Shown here in pieces: positions 18,756 through 27,872 of a stretch of DNA of 64,000 bases. Source of the DNA: Thermoanaerobaculia bacterium (GTDB taxonomy: Bacteria; Acidobacteriota; Thermoanaerobaculia; UBA5066); NCBI GenBank assembly GCA_963719225.1, contig CAVRAY010000001.1, forward strand, positions 2,368,001-2,432,000. Direction: 5' to 3'. Position 1 is the first letter of the stretch. The number at the start of each line of letters is the position of its first letter. A model generated the notes under the pieces. The model made no database searches. It saw nothing but the letters and a program-made list of their open reading frames with translations, and was not told the origin of the DNA. A program made the translations under genes and the position numbers.

Positions 18756-18801
18756 CTTCCTGGGATTATGCCGCTCGGGAGAGTCTCCGTGAGACCGCGC
18801 G

Positions 18802-19866
18802 TCACCTGACGGCCGGGTCGATTCTCTTTTCGGTCGCCGCCGAAAAGACGTGGACCCTTTCCTTCGCCACGCGCACGCGGAGCTTTTCCGGCCACTCGCG
18901 CGGCGCGCTCAGGGCGCGCAAGGTCTCCTCACCGGCGCGGAGGCTGACGAGATCGCGGTCCCCCGCGTGCTCGACGAGCGTCACGTCCGCTTCGAAGCTG
19001 CCGCCCGGCGCGTCCACCATGGTCTCGACGTCCTCCGGCCGGATCCCGACGCACACCTCGCTTTCCGCGATTCCGTCGGGAAGAGGAAGGCGGACGCCTC
19101 GCCCCGCGAACGCTCCGTTCTCCACATGCCCCCGCCAGACCGTCATCCGCGGGCTGCCCACGAACGTCGCCGTGAAGAGGTCCGCCGGCCGGCGATAGAG
19201 GTCGAGAGGCGCGCCGGACTGCAGCGCCTTCCCCTCCTTCATCACGAGGATCTCGTCCGACAGCGCGAGAGCTTCTCCCTGGTCGTGCGTGACGTAGACG
19301 ACCGTCGCTCCGAGGCGGCCGAAAAGAGACCGCAGCTCGGACCTCATGCCTTCGCGCAGGAGCGCGTCGAGGTTCGAGAGCGGCTCGTCCATGAGATAGA
19401 TCCGGGGACGCTTGACGAGCGCGCGCCCCAGCGCGACGCGCTGCTGTTCGCCCCCGGAGAGCTGCCGGGGACGACGATCCAGGAGCCTCCCGAGGCCGAG
19501 GAGCTTCGCCGCGTCGCCGACGCGGCTCGAGATCTCCGCCCGCGGGACCTTCCGCGTCTCGAGCGCGAGCGAGAGGTTGCGCGCCACGCTCAAATGCGGA
19601 TAGAGCGCGTAGTTCTGGAACACGAACCCCACGTCGCGCCTCCCCGCCGGAACGTCGGCGAGGGACGCGCCGTCCAGCGTGAGCGAGCCCGAGGTCGCCG
19701 TCTCGAGCCCCGCCACGATCCGGAGCAGCGTGGACTTGCCGCAGCCCGACGGGCCGAGGAGGGTGAGGACGCGCCCCGCGTCCACCGAGAAGCTCACGCC
19801 GTCGAGCGCGCGCGCTCCCCCCGGGAAGTCCTTCGTGATCCCCTCGCCGCGAAGAGCCCCCGCCAC
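18802..19866 (-). CDS. Carbohydrate ABC transporter ATP-binding protein (MalK-like)
   Basis: GPSGCGKS, FQNYALYPH, LSGGEQQR, MDEPLSNLD, TOBE-like tail. Confidence 0.93.
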   Translation of the reverse strand: MAGALRGEGITKDFPGGARALDGVSFSVDAGRVLTLLGPSGCGKSTLLRIVAGLETATSGSLTLDGASLADVPAGRRDVGFVFQNYALYPHLSVARNLSLALETRKVPRAEISSRVGDAAKLLGLGRLLDRRPRQLSGGEQQRVALGRALVKRPRIYLMDEPLSNLDALLREGMRSELRSLFGRLGATVVYVTHDQGEALALSDEILVMKEGKALQSGAPLDLYRRPADLFTATFVGSPRMTVWRGHVENGAFAGRGVRLPLPDGIAESEVCVGIRPEDVETMVDAPGGSFEADVTLVEHAGDRDLVSLRAGEETLRALSAPREWPEKLRVRVAKERVHVFSAATEKRIDPAVR

Positions 19867-19876
19867 GCGCCCGTCC

Positions 19877-20710
19877 TCACCCTTTGATCGCGCCGCGGGT
19901 CAGACCGCTCGCGATCCGTTTTTCGAAGAGCAGCACGAGGAGGACGAGCGGCAGCGTCGCGATCACGATCGCCGCCGAGAGCTGGCCCCACGGGATCTCG
20001 AACATCGAGGATCCGCTGACACTCGCGATGCCGGCGGTGATCGTCTTGCGCGCGTCCCGCGTCATGAACGTCAGGGCGAGCATGAACTCGTTCCACGAGA
20101 AGATGAAGACGAGAATCGCGGCCGTCACGACAGAGGGAGCGGCCAGCGGGAGCTGGATCAGGAGGACGCGGCGCGACGGGCCGAGCCCGTCGAGCGTCGC
20201 CGCCTCTTCGACGGCACGCGGGATCTGGGAGAAGCCGCGCTCCAGGATCCACACCGAGAGCGGAAGGGACAGCGCCGCGTACGGCAGGATGAGCGCGAGC
20301 GGGTGGTTGAGCCAGCCGAGGATCCGCACGCCCTGGTACAGCGGGTAGAGCAGCAGGATCGGCGGAAACACGGTGAGAGCGAGGAGCGCATGCAGGATGT
20401 TCCGCCTCCGGCGCTCCGTCGCCCGGCCCAGCGCGCTGGCCGCCGGCGCCGCGAGGAGGATCGAGAGAAGCGTCGAGGCGCCCGAGATCGCGGCGGAGTT
20501 CGTGAGGTACGCGCCGATGGGCTTTCGTTCCCAGAGCGACGTCACGTGCTTCCACGTCACGGGACGCGGAAGGTAGACCGTTGGAACGCGCGCCACGTCG
20601 CGATCCGGCTTCAGGGCCGTCAGGACCTGCCAGGCGGCCGGCGCGAGGCTCCACACCACGAGCATGAGGACGGCGAACGCGAGGCCGGCACGCGCAACCA
20701 GGCTTTTCAC
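19877..20710 (-). CDS. Carbohydrate ABC transporter permease
   Basis: EAA loop VEEAATLDG, FIFSWNEF; GTG start overlaps the upstream stop. Confidence 0.92.
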   Translation of the reverse strand: MKSLVARAGLAFAVLMLVVWSLAPAAWQVLTALKPDRDVARVPTVYLPRPVTWKHVTSLWERKPIGAYLTNSAAISGASTLLSILLAAPAASALGRATERRRRNILHALLALTVFPPILLLYPLYQGVRILGWLNHPLALILPYAALSLPLSVWILERGFSQIPRAVEEAATLDGLGPSRRVLLIQLPLAAPSVVTAAILVFIFSWNEFMLALTFMTRDARKTITAGIASVSGSSMFEIPWGQLSAAIVIATLPLVLLVLLFEKRIASGLTRGAIKG

Positions 20711-21588
20711 GTCAGGCCCCGGCGCCGGCTGGACAGAGCGATCACGAGCGCGAGGGCGGCCACGAGGAGAGTGCCGTGCGCCGCGATGGCGGAACCGTAT
20801 CCGAAGTCGAGGTACCGGAAGAAGCTCTGGAACGCATAGAGCGAGACGGTCTCGGTCGACCCGCCGGGGCCGCCGCCCGTCATGACGTAGACGATGTCGA
20901 ACGCGCCCCAGGCCTGGGCAGCCCGGAAGAGCGCCGCGACGGCGATCGAAGGGAGGAGGAGCGGCAGGACGACGTGCCGGAACCGCTGCCAGGCGCCGAG
21001 CCCGTCCACGCGCGCGGCCTCGAGGACGCTCTCGGGAATTCCCTGCAGGCCGGCGAGGACGATGAGCGCGACGAAGGGCGTCGTCTTCCAGACGTCGGCG
21101 AACACGATCGCCGCCATCGCCGTGCGTGGGCCGCTCAGCCACGCGATGGAGCCCGACACGAGACCCGTGCGGCGGAGCAGGTCGTTCGCCACCCCGAAGG
21201 AGTCGTTGAAGATCCAGGAGAACGCGAGGGCCATGACCGCGGTCGGAAGGGCCCAGGGCACGAGCATGACGGAGCGGACGAGGCCCCGGCCTCGAAACGA
21301 CCGGTCGAGAACGAGCGCGAAGGCGACGCCGAGAAAGGTCTCGAGGAGCACGGACGCTCCGGTGAAGACCGCCGTGTTCCTCAGGGCGCCCAGGAACCGG
21401 CTGTCCGACCAGAGGCGGGTCGCCGGTTCCAGGCCGGCCCACCGCGTCGCCATCCCTCCCTCGAGCTCGACGCGCGTGAAGGACAGCGCGACGACGTCGA
21501 GGATCGGCAGAGCGACGACGAGCGTCACGAGCGCGAGCGCCGGAAGGAGCGGAAGCAGGTTCTCGCGGAAACGAGAGCCCCTGTTCAT
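20707..21588 (-). CDS. Carbohydrate ABC transporter permease
   Basis: DVWKTTPF, LAGLQGIP..LEAARVDG, MTGGGPG. Confidence 0.92.
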   Translation of the reverse strand: MNRGSRFRENLLPLLPALALVTLVVALPILDVVALSFTRVELEGGMATRWAGLEPATRLWSDSRFLGALRNTAVFTGASVLLETFLGVAFALVLDRSFRGRGLVRSVMLVPWALPTAVMALAFSWIFNDSFGVANDLLRRTGLVSGSIAWLSGPRTAMAAIVFADVWKTTPFVALIVLAGLQGIPESVLEAARVDGLGAWQRFRHVVLPLLLPSIAVAALFRAAQAWGAFDIVYVMTGGGPGGSTETVSLYAFQSFFRYLDFGYGSAIAAHGTLLVAALALVIALSSRRRGLT

Positions 21589-22901
21589 CGCGGACGTCCG
21601 AGCAGGAGCCGGGTCTCTTTCGCCGCGTCCGCGAGGGCACGTTGCGCCGTCACGAGACCGGCGAGGCAGGCGCTGACGTGACGTTGAAGGATGTCGGAGG
21701 CGAGCGCGTACCGGGGAATCGGCGGCCGCATCACCGCATCTCCATGAAGCTTCAGGATCTCGGGAAGGAGCGGATTCGAAGCGAGGAGCTGCGGGTCGCG
21801 GTAGGCCTCGAGGCGCGCCGGAGCGTAGCCGGACGTGAGACAGAGGGCGCGCTGCGCGTCGAGGGAGACGGCCTCGCGAATGAAATCCGCGGCGAGCGAG
21901 GGATTCCTGCTGAAGCGCGAGATGCCGAAGCCCCAGCCGCCGAGCGTGCCGGCGCCCGGCCGGCCCGGAGCATGGGGCACGGCCTCGACGCCGATCTTTC
22001 CCGCGACGCGCGAGTCCTTCGCCTGGGCGAGGCGCCAGACGTACGGCCAGTTGAGGAGGAAGACGGCCTGTCCGTTCTGGAAGATGCGGCGGCTGTCGTC
22101 CTCCTTCAGGCTCGTCACGCCCGGCGGACTGATGGCGTCCACTGAGCGCGATCGCCTCAGGAATTCCAGCGCCGCCACGGCTTCCCTTCGGTCGAGCCCC
22201 ACCTCGAGCGACTCCGGGTCGACCCAGAAGCCGCCCGCGCCGGAGAGGAGCTCCAGAAAGACGCAGGTGAGGCCCTCGTACTGGCTCCCCTGCCACAAGA
22301 AACCCCACCTGTCCGGAGGAGCCTGGAGGCGTCGTGCCGCGGCGGTCAGCTCCTCGAACGTCTCGGGCGGTGGGATCCCCGCCTCCTCGAGCAGGTCCCG
22401 GCGGTAATAGAGGAGTCCGACGTCGGTCCTGACGGGAATCCTGTAGAGGTACCCGCGGTACCGGCCGGCGTCGAGCGCGCGCGGGAGCAGCGCTCCCAGC
22501 TCCTCGGGCCGGAAGACGTCGTCGAGAGGCAGGAGCCATCCGGCCGCGGCGAACTTCGGCGTCCAGGTGACGTCCATGTAGACGACGTCGAGCGAATCGT
22601 CGCCCGCGAGGAGCGACGTCGTGTACATGTTCTCCCGCAGGTCGGTGGCGTTCGGGCCCTCGACCATCTCGACCCGGACGCCGTGCGTCCTTCCGAACCG
22701 CTCCACGATCGGCGCCCACAGCGCTCGCTCGCTCGCGAGGACGATGAAGGAGAGGCGGTCCAGGACGGTTGCTTTCCGCCCGCCGCCGAGCCCGCATCCG
22801 CCCGACGCGAGCAGAGCGGCGAGCGCGGCGGCTCCGACCCATCGCCGCGTCACGAGAAAGACGTGAGAACGAGGCACGGCCACCTCCCCGGGACGACGCA
22901 A
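21585..22901 (-). CDS. Sugar ABC transporter substrate-binding lipoprotein
   Basis: Lipobox-like LASGGC, DVVYMDVTW, LLYYRRDLL, QYEGL, NWPY, LGGW; exact start uncertain. Confidence 0.9.
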   Translation of the reverse strand: MRRPGEVAVPRSHVFLVTRRWVGAAALAALLASGGCGLGGGRKATVLDRLSFIVLASERALWAPIVERFGRTHGVRVEMVEGPNATDLRENMYTTSLLAGDDSLDVVYMDVTWTPKFAAAGWLLPLDDVFRPEELGALLPRALDAGRYRGYLYRIPVRTDVGLLYYRRDLLEEAGIPPPETFEELTAAARRLQAPPDRWGFLWQGSQYEGLTCVFLELLSGAGGFWVDPESLEVGLDRREAVAALEFLRRSRSVDAISPPGVTSLKEDDSRRIFQNGQAVFLLNWPYVWRLAQAKDSRVAGKIGVEAVPHAPGRPGAGTLGGWGFGISRFSRNPSLAADFIREAVSLDAQRALCLTSGYAPARLEAYRDPQLLASNPLLPEILKLHGDAVMRPPIPRYALASDILQRHVSACLAGLVTAQRALADAAKETRLLLGRPR

Positions 22902-22925
22902 TCACGATGCCCGTGGATGATCCGC

Positions 22926-23630
22926 TCAGGAGGCGTCGGAATCGAGGGTCTTGTAATAAACGCTCAGCCAGGAGGTGACCCAGGTGTCGCGGAAAGGCCG
23001 GTAGTGCGAGCGGGAGGGGCCGTAGATGGTCTTCACCGGCACGGTCGCGAAACGTTCCACGTTCGGGGCCGCCTTGATGAGGATCTCGTTCTCGATGGAG
23101 TACCGCGCGGCGCCGAGCCTGAGTCTCCGCAGCAGGTCCGCCGCGATCACGCGGTACCCCGACTGGCCGTCCTCGATCGGCAGTCCGGTCATGCGCGAAA
23201 GCACCTTGTCGCCGATCGTGTTCGCCCAGAAGTTCTTGGCCGGCATCGCCGCCACGTCCTTCAGCCGCGACCCCACGACGAAGTCGGCGCCCGCGCGGGC
23301 GGCCGACAGCAGAGCCGGGAGGTCGTCGGGATCGTGCTGCCCGTCGGCGTCCACGAAGGCCACGTGCGAAACGTCACGCGCCAGAAGGTCCGCGAGCCCG
23401 TCCCGGAGCGCGCGCCCTTTTCCTCCGTTCCGCCCGCGGACGAGAACCCGGGCGCCCGCGGTGACTGCCTCTTCCGCGGTCCCGTCGCCGCTCCCGTCAT
23501 CGACTACGAGGACGTCGGGAAGATGGGCGAGGAGTCCCCGGACGACGCCCCCCACGGCACCGGCGCAGCGGTAGGCGGGGACGAGCGCGGCGGGGTGGAA
23601 AGGCCCCCGGGATTCGCCCGGGGATGTCAA
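22926..23630 (-). CDS. Glycosyltransferase family 2
   Basis: VPAY, VVDDGSGD, NGGKG, DADGQHDP, DGQSGYR. Confidence 0.9.
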   Translation of the reverse strand: MTSPGESRGPFHPAALVPAYRCAGAVGGVVRGLLAHLPDVLVVDDGSGDGTAEEAVTAGARVLVRGRNGGKGRALRDGLADLLARDVSHVAFVDADGQHDPDDLPALLSAARAGADFVVGSRLKDVAAMPAKNFWANTIGDKVLSRMTGLPIEDGQSGYRVIAADLLRRLRLGAARYSIENEILIKAAPNVERFATVPVKTIYGPSRSHYRPFRDTWVTSWLSVYYKTLDSDAS

Positions 23631-23656
23631 GGAATCGCCTGCATACGAATGAGGGG

Positions 23657-23692
23657 TTGACGAACGCGCCTACTTTGTGAAAAGTATCACGA
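23657..23692 (+). promoter_or_regulatory. nuo promoter region with Rex-like operator
   Basis: TTGACG at 23657; TTGTGAAAAGTATCACGA (23675-23692) has 2 mismatches to Rex consensus TTGTGAA-N4-TTCACAA; rex ends the operon. Confidence 0.75.
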
Positions 23693-23699
23693 GCGACGC

Positions 23700-24062
23700 A
23701 TGGGCACTCCGCTGGCTTTCTTGCCGATTCTGCTCATGGTGATGGGCGCCGTCGGCGTCGGCATCCTGCTGCTCGGCTTGAACATCCTCCTCGGCCGCAG
23801 GATCCGCACGGTGCGCAAGCTCTCCCCCTACGAGAGCGGCATGCCCCTTCTCGACGACAGCCACAAGCGCATCAGCGTCAAGTTCTTCATCGTCGCAATG
23901 GTCTTCATCCTGTTCGACGTGGAGGCGGCGTTCCTCTACCCGTGGGCGGTCGTCTTCCGGCAGGGCGGATGGCCGGTCTTCGTGGAGATGCTGGTCTTCG
24001 TCCTCGTCCTCTTCCTCGGGTTCGCGTACCTGTGGAAGAAAGGCGCGTTCGACTGGGATTGA
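23700..24062 (+). CDS. nuoA: NADH-quinone oxidoreductase subunit A
   Basis: PYESGM, FILFDVEAAFLYPWA, WKKGAFDW. Confidence 0.95.
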   Translation: MGTPLAFLPILLMVMGAVGVGILLLGLNILLGRRIRTVRKLSPYESGMPLLDDSHKRISVKFFIVAMVFILFDVEAAFLYPWAVVFRQGGWPVFVEMLVFVLVLFLGFAYLWKKGAFDWD

Positions 24063-24063
24063 C

Positions 24064-24621
24064 GTGAGCGGCGCACAGATGCTCCCCTCGGCCGACCCGG
24101 CCCAGAACCCGCGTGTGGGAGAGCACGGCGCGCTCTCCTGCGGGCGCGCCCTCTCGTTCTCGCGGGAGACACGCGACGACTTCGAGCGCCTGCTCACGCG
24201 ATACCCGACCAAACAGGCCGCGCTGCTGCCGACGTTGTGGCTGGCGCAGCGCGAATGGGGATGGATCTCGCGCGAGGCCGTGGATTACGTCGCCACGCTC
24301 CTCGGCCTGGCGCCGGCGTTCGTCTGGGGCGTGGTGACCTTCTACACGATGTACAACCGTGCGCCGGTCGGCACGCATCTGATCCAGGTCTGTACGTCGA
24401 TCTCCTGCCACCTGAACGGCGCGAGCGAGGTCTACGCCGAGTGTCGCAAGCGCCTCGGCGACCTGAAGCCGGGAGAGACGACGCCCGACGGGAAGTTCAC
24501 CGTCGTCGAGGTGGAGTGCCTCGCCCAATGCGACAAGGCGCCCGCGGTGATGGTCAATGACGACGACCACTTCGAGATCACGAAGGACAAGCTCGACGCC
24601 TTCCTCGGGAGCCTGAAATGA
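24064..24621 (+). CDS. nuoE: NADH-quinone oxidoreductase subunit E
   Basis: VTFYTMY, CTSISC, ECLAQC (2Fe-2S N1a). Confidence 0.93.
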   Translation: MSGAQMLPSADPAQNPRVGEHGALSCGRALSFSRETRDDFERLLTRYPTKQAALLPTLWLAQREWGWISREAVDYVATLLGLAPAFVWGVVTFYTMYNRAPVGTHLIQVCTSISCHLNGASEVYAECRKRLGDLKPGETTPDGKFTVVEVECLAQCDKAPAVMVNDDDHFEITKDKLDAFLGSLK

Positions 24622-25994
24622 GCGGCCTTTCCCCGATCGAGCCCGTCCTCCTCGCCCGGCGCGGCAAGCCCGACTCGGCGATGATCGAGACGTATCTCGC
24701 CGACGGCGGCTATGCCTCGTGGAAGAAAGTCCTCGGCGGCGCGAAGTCCGGAGAGTGGACTCCGGCGAAAGTCACCGATCTCGTCAAGGCGTCGGGCCTG
24801 CGCGGCCGCGGCGGCGCGGGGTTCCCGTGCGGCATGAAGTGGACGTTCGTCCCACCGAAGGAGAAGCGGGGCGTCAAGCCCGTCTACCTCCTCTGCAACG
24901 CGGACGAGTCGGAGCCCGGCACGTTCAAGGACCGGCTCCTCATGGAGACCGACCCGCACCAGGTGCTCGAAGGGATGATGCTCGCGAGCTTCGCGCTGGA
25001 CGTGAGGCACGCTTATCTCTACATCCGCGGCGAGATGGTGCATGCGGCCGAGACTCTGGACAAGGCCGTCTCCGAAGCCTATGCGAAGGGGCTCCTCGGA
25101 AAGGACGTCCTCGGGTCCGGGATGGATCTCGAGATCACGATCCACCGCGGCGCGGGCGCCTACATCTGCGGCGAGGAGACCGCGCTCATCGAGAGCCTCG
25201 AGGGCAAGCGCGGCCATCCGCGCATCAAACCGCCGTTTCCGGCCGTCTCCGGCGTCTGGGGCTGCCCCACCGTCGTGAACAACGTCGAGACGCTGTGCTG
25301 CGTCAAGCACATCCTCGACCGCGGCGCGGACTGGTTCAAGGCGATCGGCCGCAACGAGAAGAACACGGGTCCGAAGCTCTACTGCATCTCGGGGCACGTG
25401 GAGAAGCCCGGCGTCTACGAGGCCCCGATCGGGGTCCCGTGGGAGACGCTCCTCGCGATGGCGGGAGGCGTGAAGGGCGGACGGAAGCTCAAGGCCGTCA
25501 TCCCTGGCGGCGCGTCGGCCGCGATCCTCACGGCGAAGGAAATCGAGAATCTGCCCATGGATTTCGACGGCGTCGCCGCCGCGAAGTCGATGCTCGGCTC
25601 GGCCGCGATCATCGTGATGGACGAGACGACGGACATCCCCAAGGCCGTCACGAACATCGCGAAGTTCTTCGCGCACGAGTCCTGCGGCCAGTGCACGCCC
25701 TGCCGCGAGGGCACGCCGTGGATGCACAAGATGCTCAAGCGCATCCTGAACGGCGAGGGCAAGAAGAGCGACCTCGACCTCCTCCTCCAGATCGCGGGCC
25801 AGATGGGCAACGGCATGACGATCTGCGTCTTCGCAGACGCCGCCATCGCGCCGGTCCTTTCGGGCATCGCGAAGTTCCGCGAGGAGTTCGAGGCCTACAT
25901 AACGAAATCGAAACATCCGGATTTCGCACTGGCGGCGTCAGAAGACGTCACGAACAAGGTTGCCGACAGAACGGCCGCCGGAATTCATTCTTAG
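24618..25994 (+). CDS. nuoF: NADH-quinone oxidoreductase subunit F
   Basis: LRGRGGAGFP, NADESEPG, AYICGEET, ESCGQCTPCREG. Confidence 0.96.
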   Translation: MSGLSPIEPVLLARRGKPDSAMIETYLADGGYASWKKVLGGAKSGEWTPAKVTDLVKASGLRGRGGAGFPCGMKWTFVPPKEKRGVKPVYLLCNADESEPGTFKDRLLMETDPHQVLEGMMLASFALDVRHAYLYIRGEMVHAAETLDKAVSEAYAKGLLGKDVLGSGMDLEITIHRGAGAYICGEETALIESLEGKRGHPRIKPPFPAVSGVWGCPTVVNNVETLCCVKHILDRGADWFKAIGRNEKNTGPKLYCISGHVEKPGVYEAPIGVPWETLLAMAGGVKGGRKLKAVIPGGASAAILTAKEIENLPMDFDGVAAAKSMLGSAAIIVMDETTDIPKAVTNIAKFFAHESCGQCTPCREGTPWMHKMLKRILNGEGKKSDLDLLLQIAGQMGNGMTICVFADAAIAPVLSGIAKFREEFEAYITKSKHPDFALAASEDVTNKVADRTAAGIHS

Positions 25995-26063
25995 AATGAG
26001 AAAGAACGAATTCCCCTCTTCCCTTTCTAAGCAAATCTTCCTCTTCTCTTTTTCTTCTTCTTC
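25985..26063. repeat. Motif pair at nuoF stop and nuoF-nuoG intergenic region
   Basis: Palindrome TCATTCTTAGAATGA (25985-25999) spanning the nuoF TAG; CTTTCTAAGCAAATC (26023-26037) in a pyrimidine tract. Confidence 0.75.
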
Positions 26064-26072
26064 GGACGTGTC

Positions 26073-27872
26073 ATGGCGAAAGTGACCGTCGACGGGAAGA
26101 CCGTCGAAGTCCCGAACGACGCGAACGCGCTCGAGGCGTGCCGTGCTGCGGGCGTCGACGTGCCGCACTTCTGCTACCACCCGCGCCTGTCGATCGTCGG
26201 CCAGTGCCGCATGTGCATGGTCGAGGTCGAGGGCGTGCCGAAGATCCAGGCGTCGTGCACGGTGCCCGTCCGGGACGGCATGGTCATCAAGGCTTCGACC
26301 GAGAAAGCCCTCGCCGCGCGCAACGCGACGATGGAGTTCCTCCTCATCAACCATCCGCTGGACTGCCCGATCTGCGACCAGGCGGGCGAGTGCAAGCTGC
26401 AGGACAACGCCGTGAGCGCGGGCCTGCCGGTCTCGCGCACCTCGGAGGTCAGGCGGCAGTTCCCCGGCTACGACCGCACGCCGATCGGGCCCCACGTCAT
26501 CGCGGACATGACGCGCTGCATCCAGTGCACGCGCTGCATCCGCTTCTGCGCGGAGATCACCGAAACGGGCGAGCTCGCGTTCGTCGAGAGGGGCGGCCAT
26601 ACGTTCGTCTGGACGCACGAGGGCCGCGCGCTCGACAACGACCTCTCGGCCTGCGCGGCGGACGTCTGCCCCGTCGGCGCGCTCACGACGAGGGAGTTCC
26701 GGTTTCGCAAGCGCGTGTGGTGGCTCGACAAGACGCGCTCGGTGTGCGACGGCTGCGAGATCGGCTGCAACATGTCCATCGAGCACCGCGACCGCGTCGT
26801 CTACCGGTACCTTCCCCGCGTGCAGCCGGCCGTTAACGACTTCTGGATGTGCGACTACGGCCGCTTCCGCTCCGAGGACCTCAACCGGCAGGATTTCACG
26901 AAGCCCGAGATCCGTGTCCCCGGCAGCGACGCGCGCAAGCAGACGAACTGGGGCGAGGCGCTCGACGCCGTGAAGGTCGCGATCGACCGCGCGCTGGGAG
27001 AAGAGAAGAAAGAAGATTTTGCTTCGAAAGGAAGAGAAGAAAGAGTCCGGTTCATCGGGTCGGGACATCACACGACCGAGGAAGCCTGGCTTCTCGCCAC
27101 GCTCTGCAAAGTTTCTTTGAAGGTGAATGTGCCCGAGTTTTTCGTCGACGAAGGGCCGAAGCGGCGGATCAGGAACAAGGTGGACGGGTGGATTTACGGG
27201 ACGGAGGCCGCGCCCAACAGCCGTGGCGCCGAGGCGGCCGGCCTGAAGCGCACAACCGCGGGCGACGGCTCCGCCCTTGGATCGGCTCTTTCCCTCTTAC
27301 CTTCTAGGAAATCTTCCTCTTCCTCTTCCGATCTCCCCCTTTCTAAGAAATCTTCCTCTTCGTCTTCTATCCCCGCAGTCCTCTACATCGCCGACGCGGA
27401 CTTCAGCGAAAAGTGCGCCGATCCCGCGTTCGTCGCCCAGCTGCGCAAGGCGAGCGTCCTCATCGTCCACGCCCGCAAGCGCAACGCGCTGACCGACGCG
27501 GCAGACATCGTGCTCCCCGCCGCGCCGCTGTCGGGCAAGGAAGGCACGTTCGTGAACGCCAAGGGGCGCGTGCAGCGCGTGGACATGGCGATCGTGTCGC
27601 CGCCCATCGTGCGCACGGACCTCGAGATCCTCCTGCACCTCGGCGCGCGCTGGGGAGCATTCGACACGCAGTGGACCGCCCGCGACGTCTTCGAAAAGAT
27701 GCGCGGACAGGTCGCAGGATATGGCGACCTCGCCTGGGACTCCGATGCCCTCGTCGGAAACCCGCCTTCCATCTCACCCGCCGTCGCCTACGATGTCATC
27801 GGCCTGGATCGCAACCCCGACGTCGAGGTCTTTTCGCGCCCGTCCGTCGCGGCGCCGGATCGACTCCCATGA
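26073..27872 (+). CDS. nuoG: NADH-quinone oxidoreductase subunit G (short form)
   Basis: FCYHP, CRMC, HPLDCPICDQAGEC, CIQCTRC, CPVGAL, CDGCEIGC. Confidence 0.92.
   Translation: MAKVTVDGKTVEVPNDANALEACRAAGVDVPHFCYHPRLSIVGQCRMCMVEVEGVPKIQASCTVPVRDGMVIKASTEKALAARNATMEFLLINHPLDCPICDQAGECKLQDNAVSAGLPVSRTSEVRRQFPGYDRTPIGPHVIADMTRCIQCTRCIRFCAEITETGELAFVERGGHTFVWTHEGRALDNDLSACAADVCPVGALTTREFRFRKRVWWLDKTRSVCDGCEIGCNMSIEHRDRVVYRYLPRVQPAVNDFWMCDYGRFRSEDLNRQDFTKPEIRVPGSDARKQTNWGEALDAVKVAIDRALGEEKKEDFASKGREERVRFIGSGHHTTEEAWLLATLCKVSLKVNVPEFFVDEGPKRRIRNKVDGWIYGTEAAPNSRGAEAAGLKRTTAGDGSALGSALSLLPSRKSSSSSSDLPLSKKSSSSSSIPAVLYIADADFSEKCADPAFVAQLRKASVLIVHARKRNALTDAADIVLPAAPLSGKEGTFVNAKGRVQRVDMAIVSPPIVRTDLEILLHLGARWGAFDTQWTARDVFEKMRGQVAGYGDLAWDSDALVGNPPSISPAVAYDVIGLDRNPDVEVFSRPSVAAPDRLP
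27015..27370. repeat. Motif cluster inside nuoG
   Basis: Left-type GATTTTGCTTCGAAAG (27015) and GTTTCTTTGAAGG (27111); right-type CCTTCTAGGAAATC (27300) and CTTTCTAAGAAATC (27339). Confidence 0.75.
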
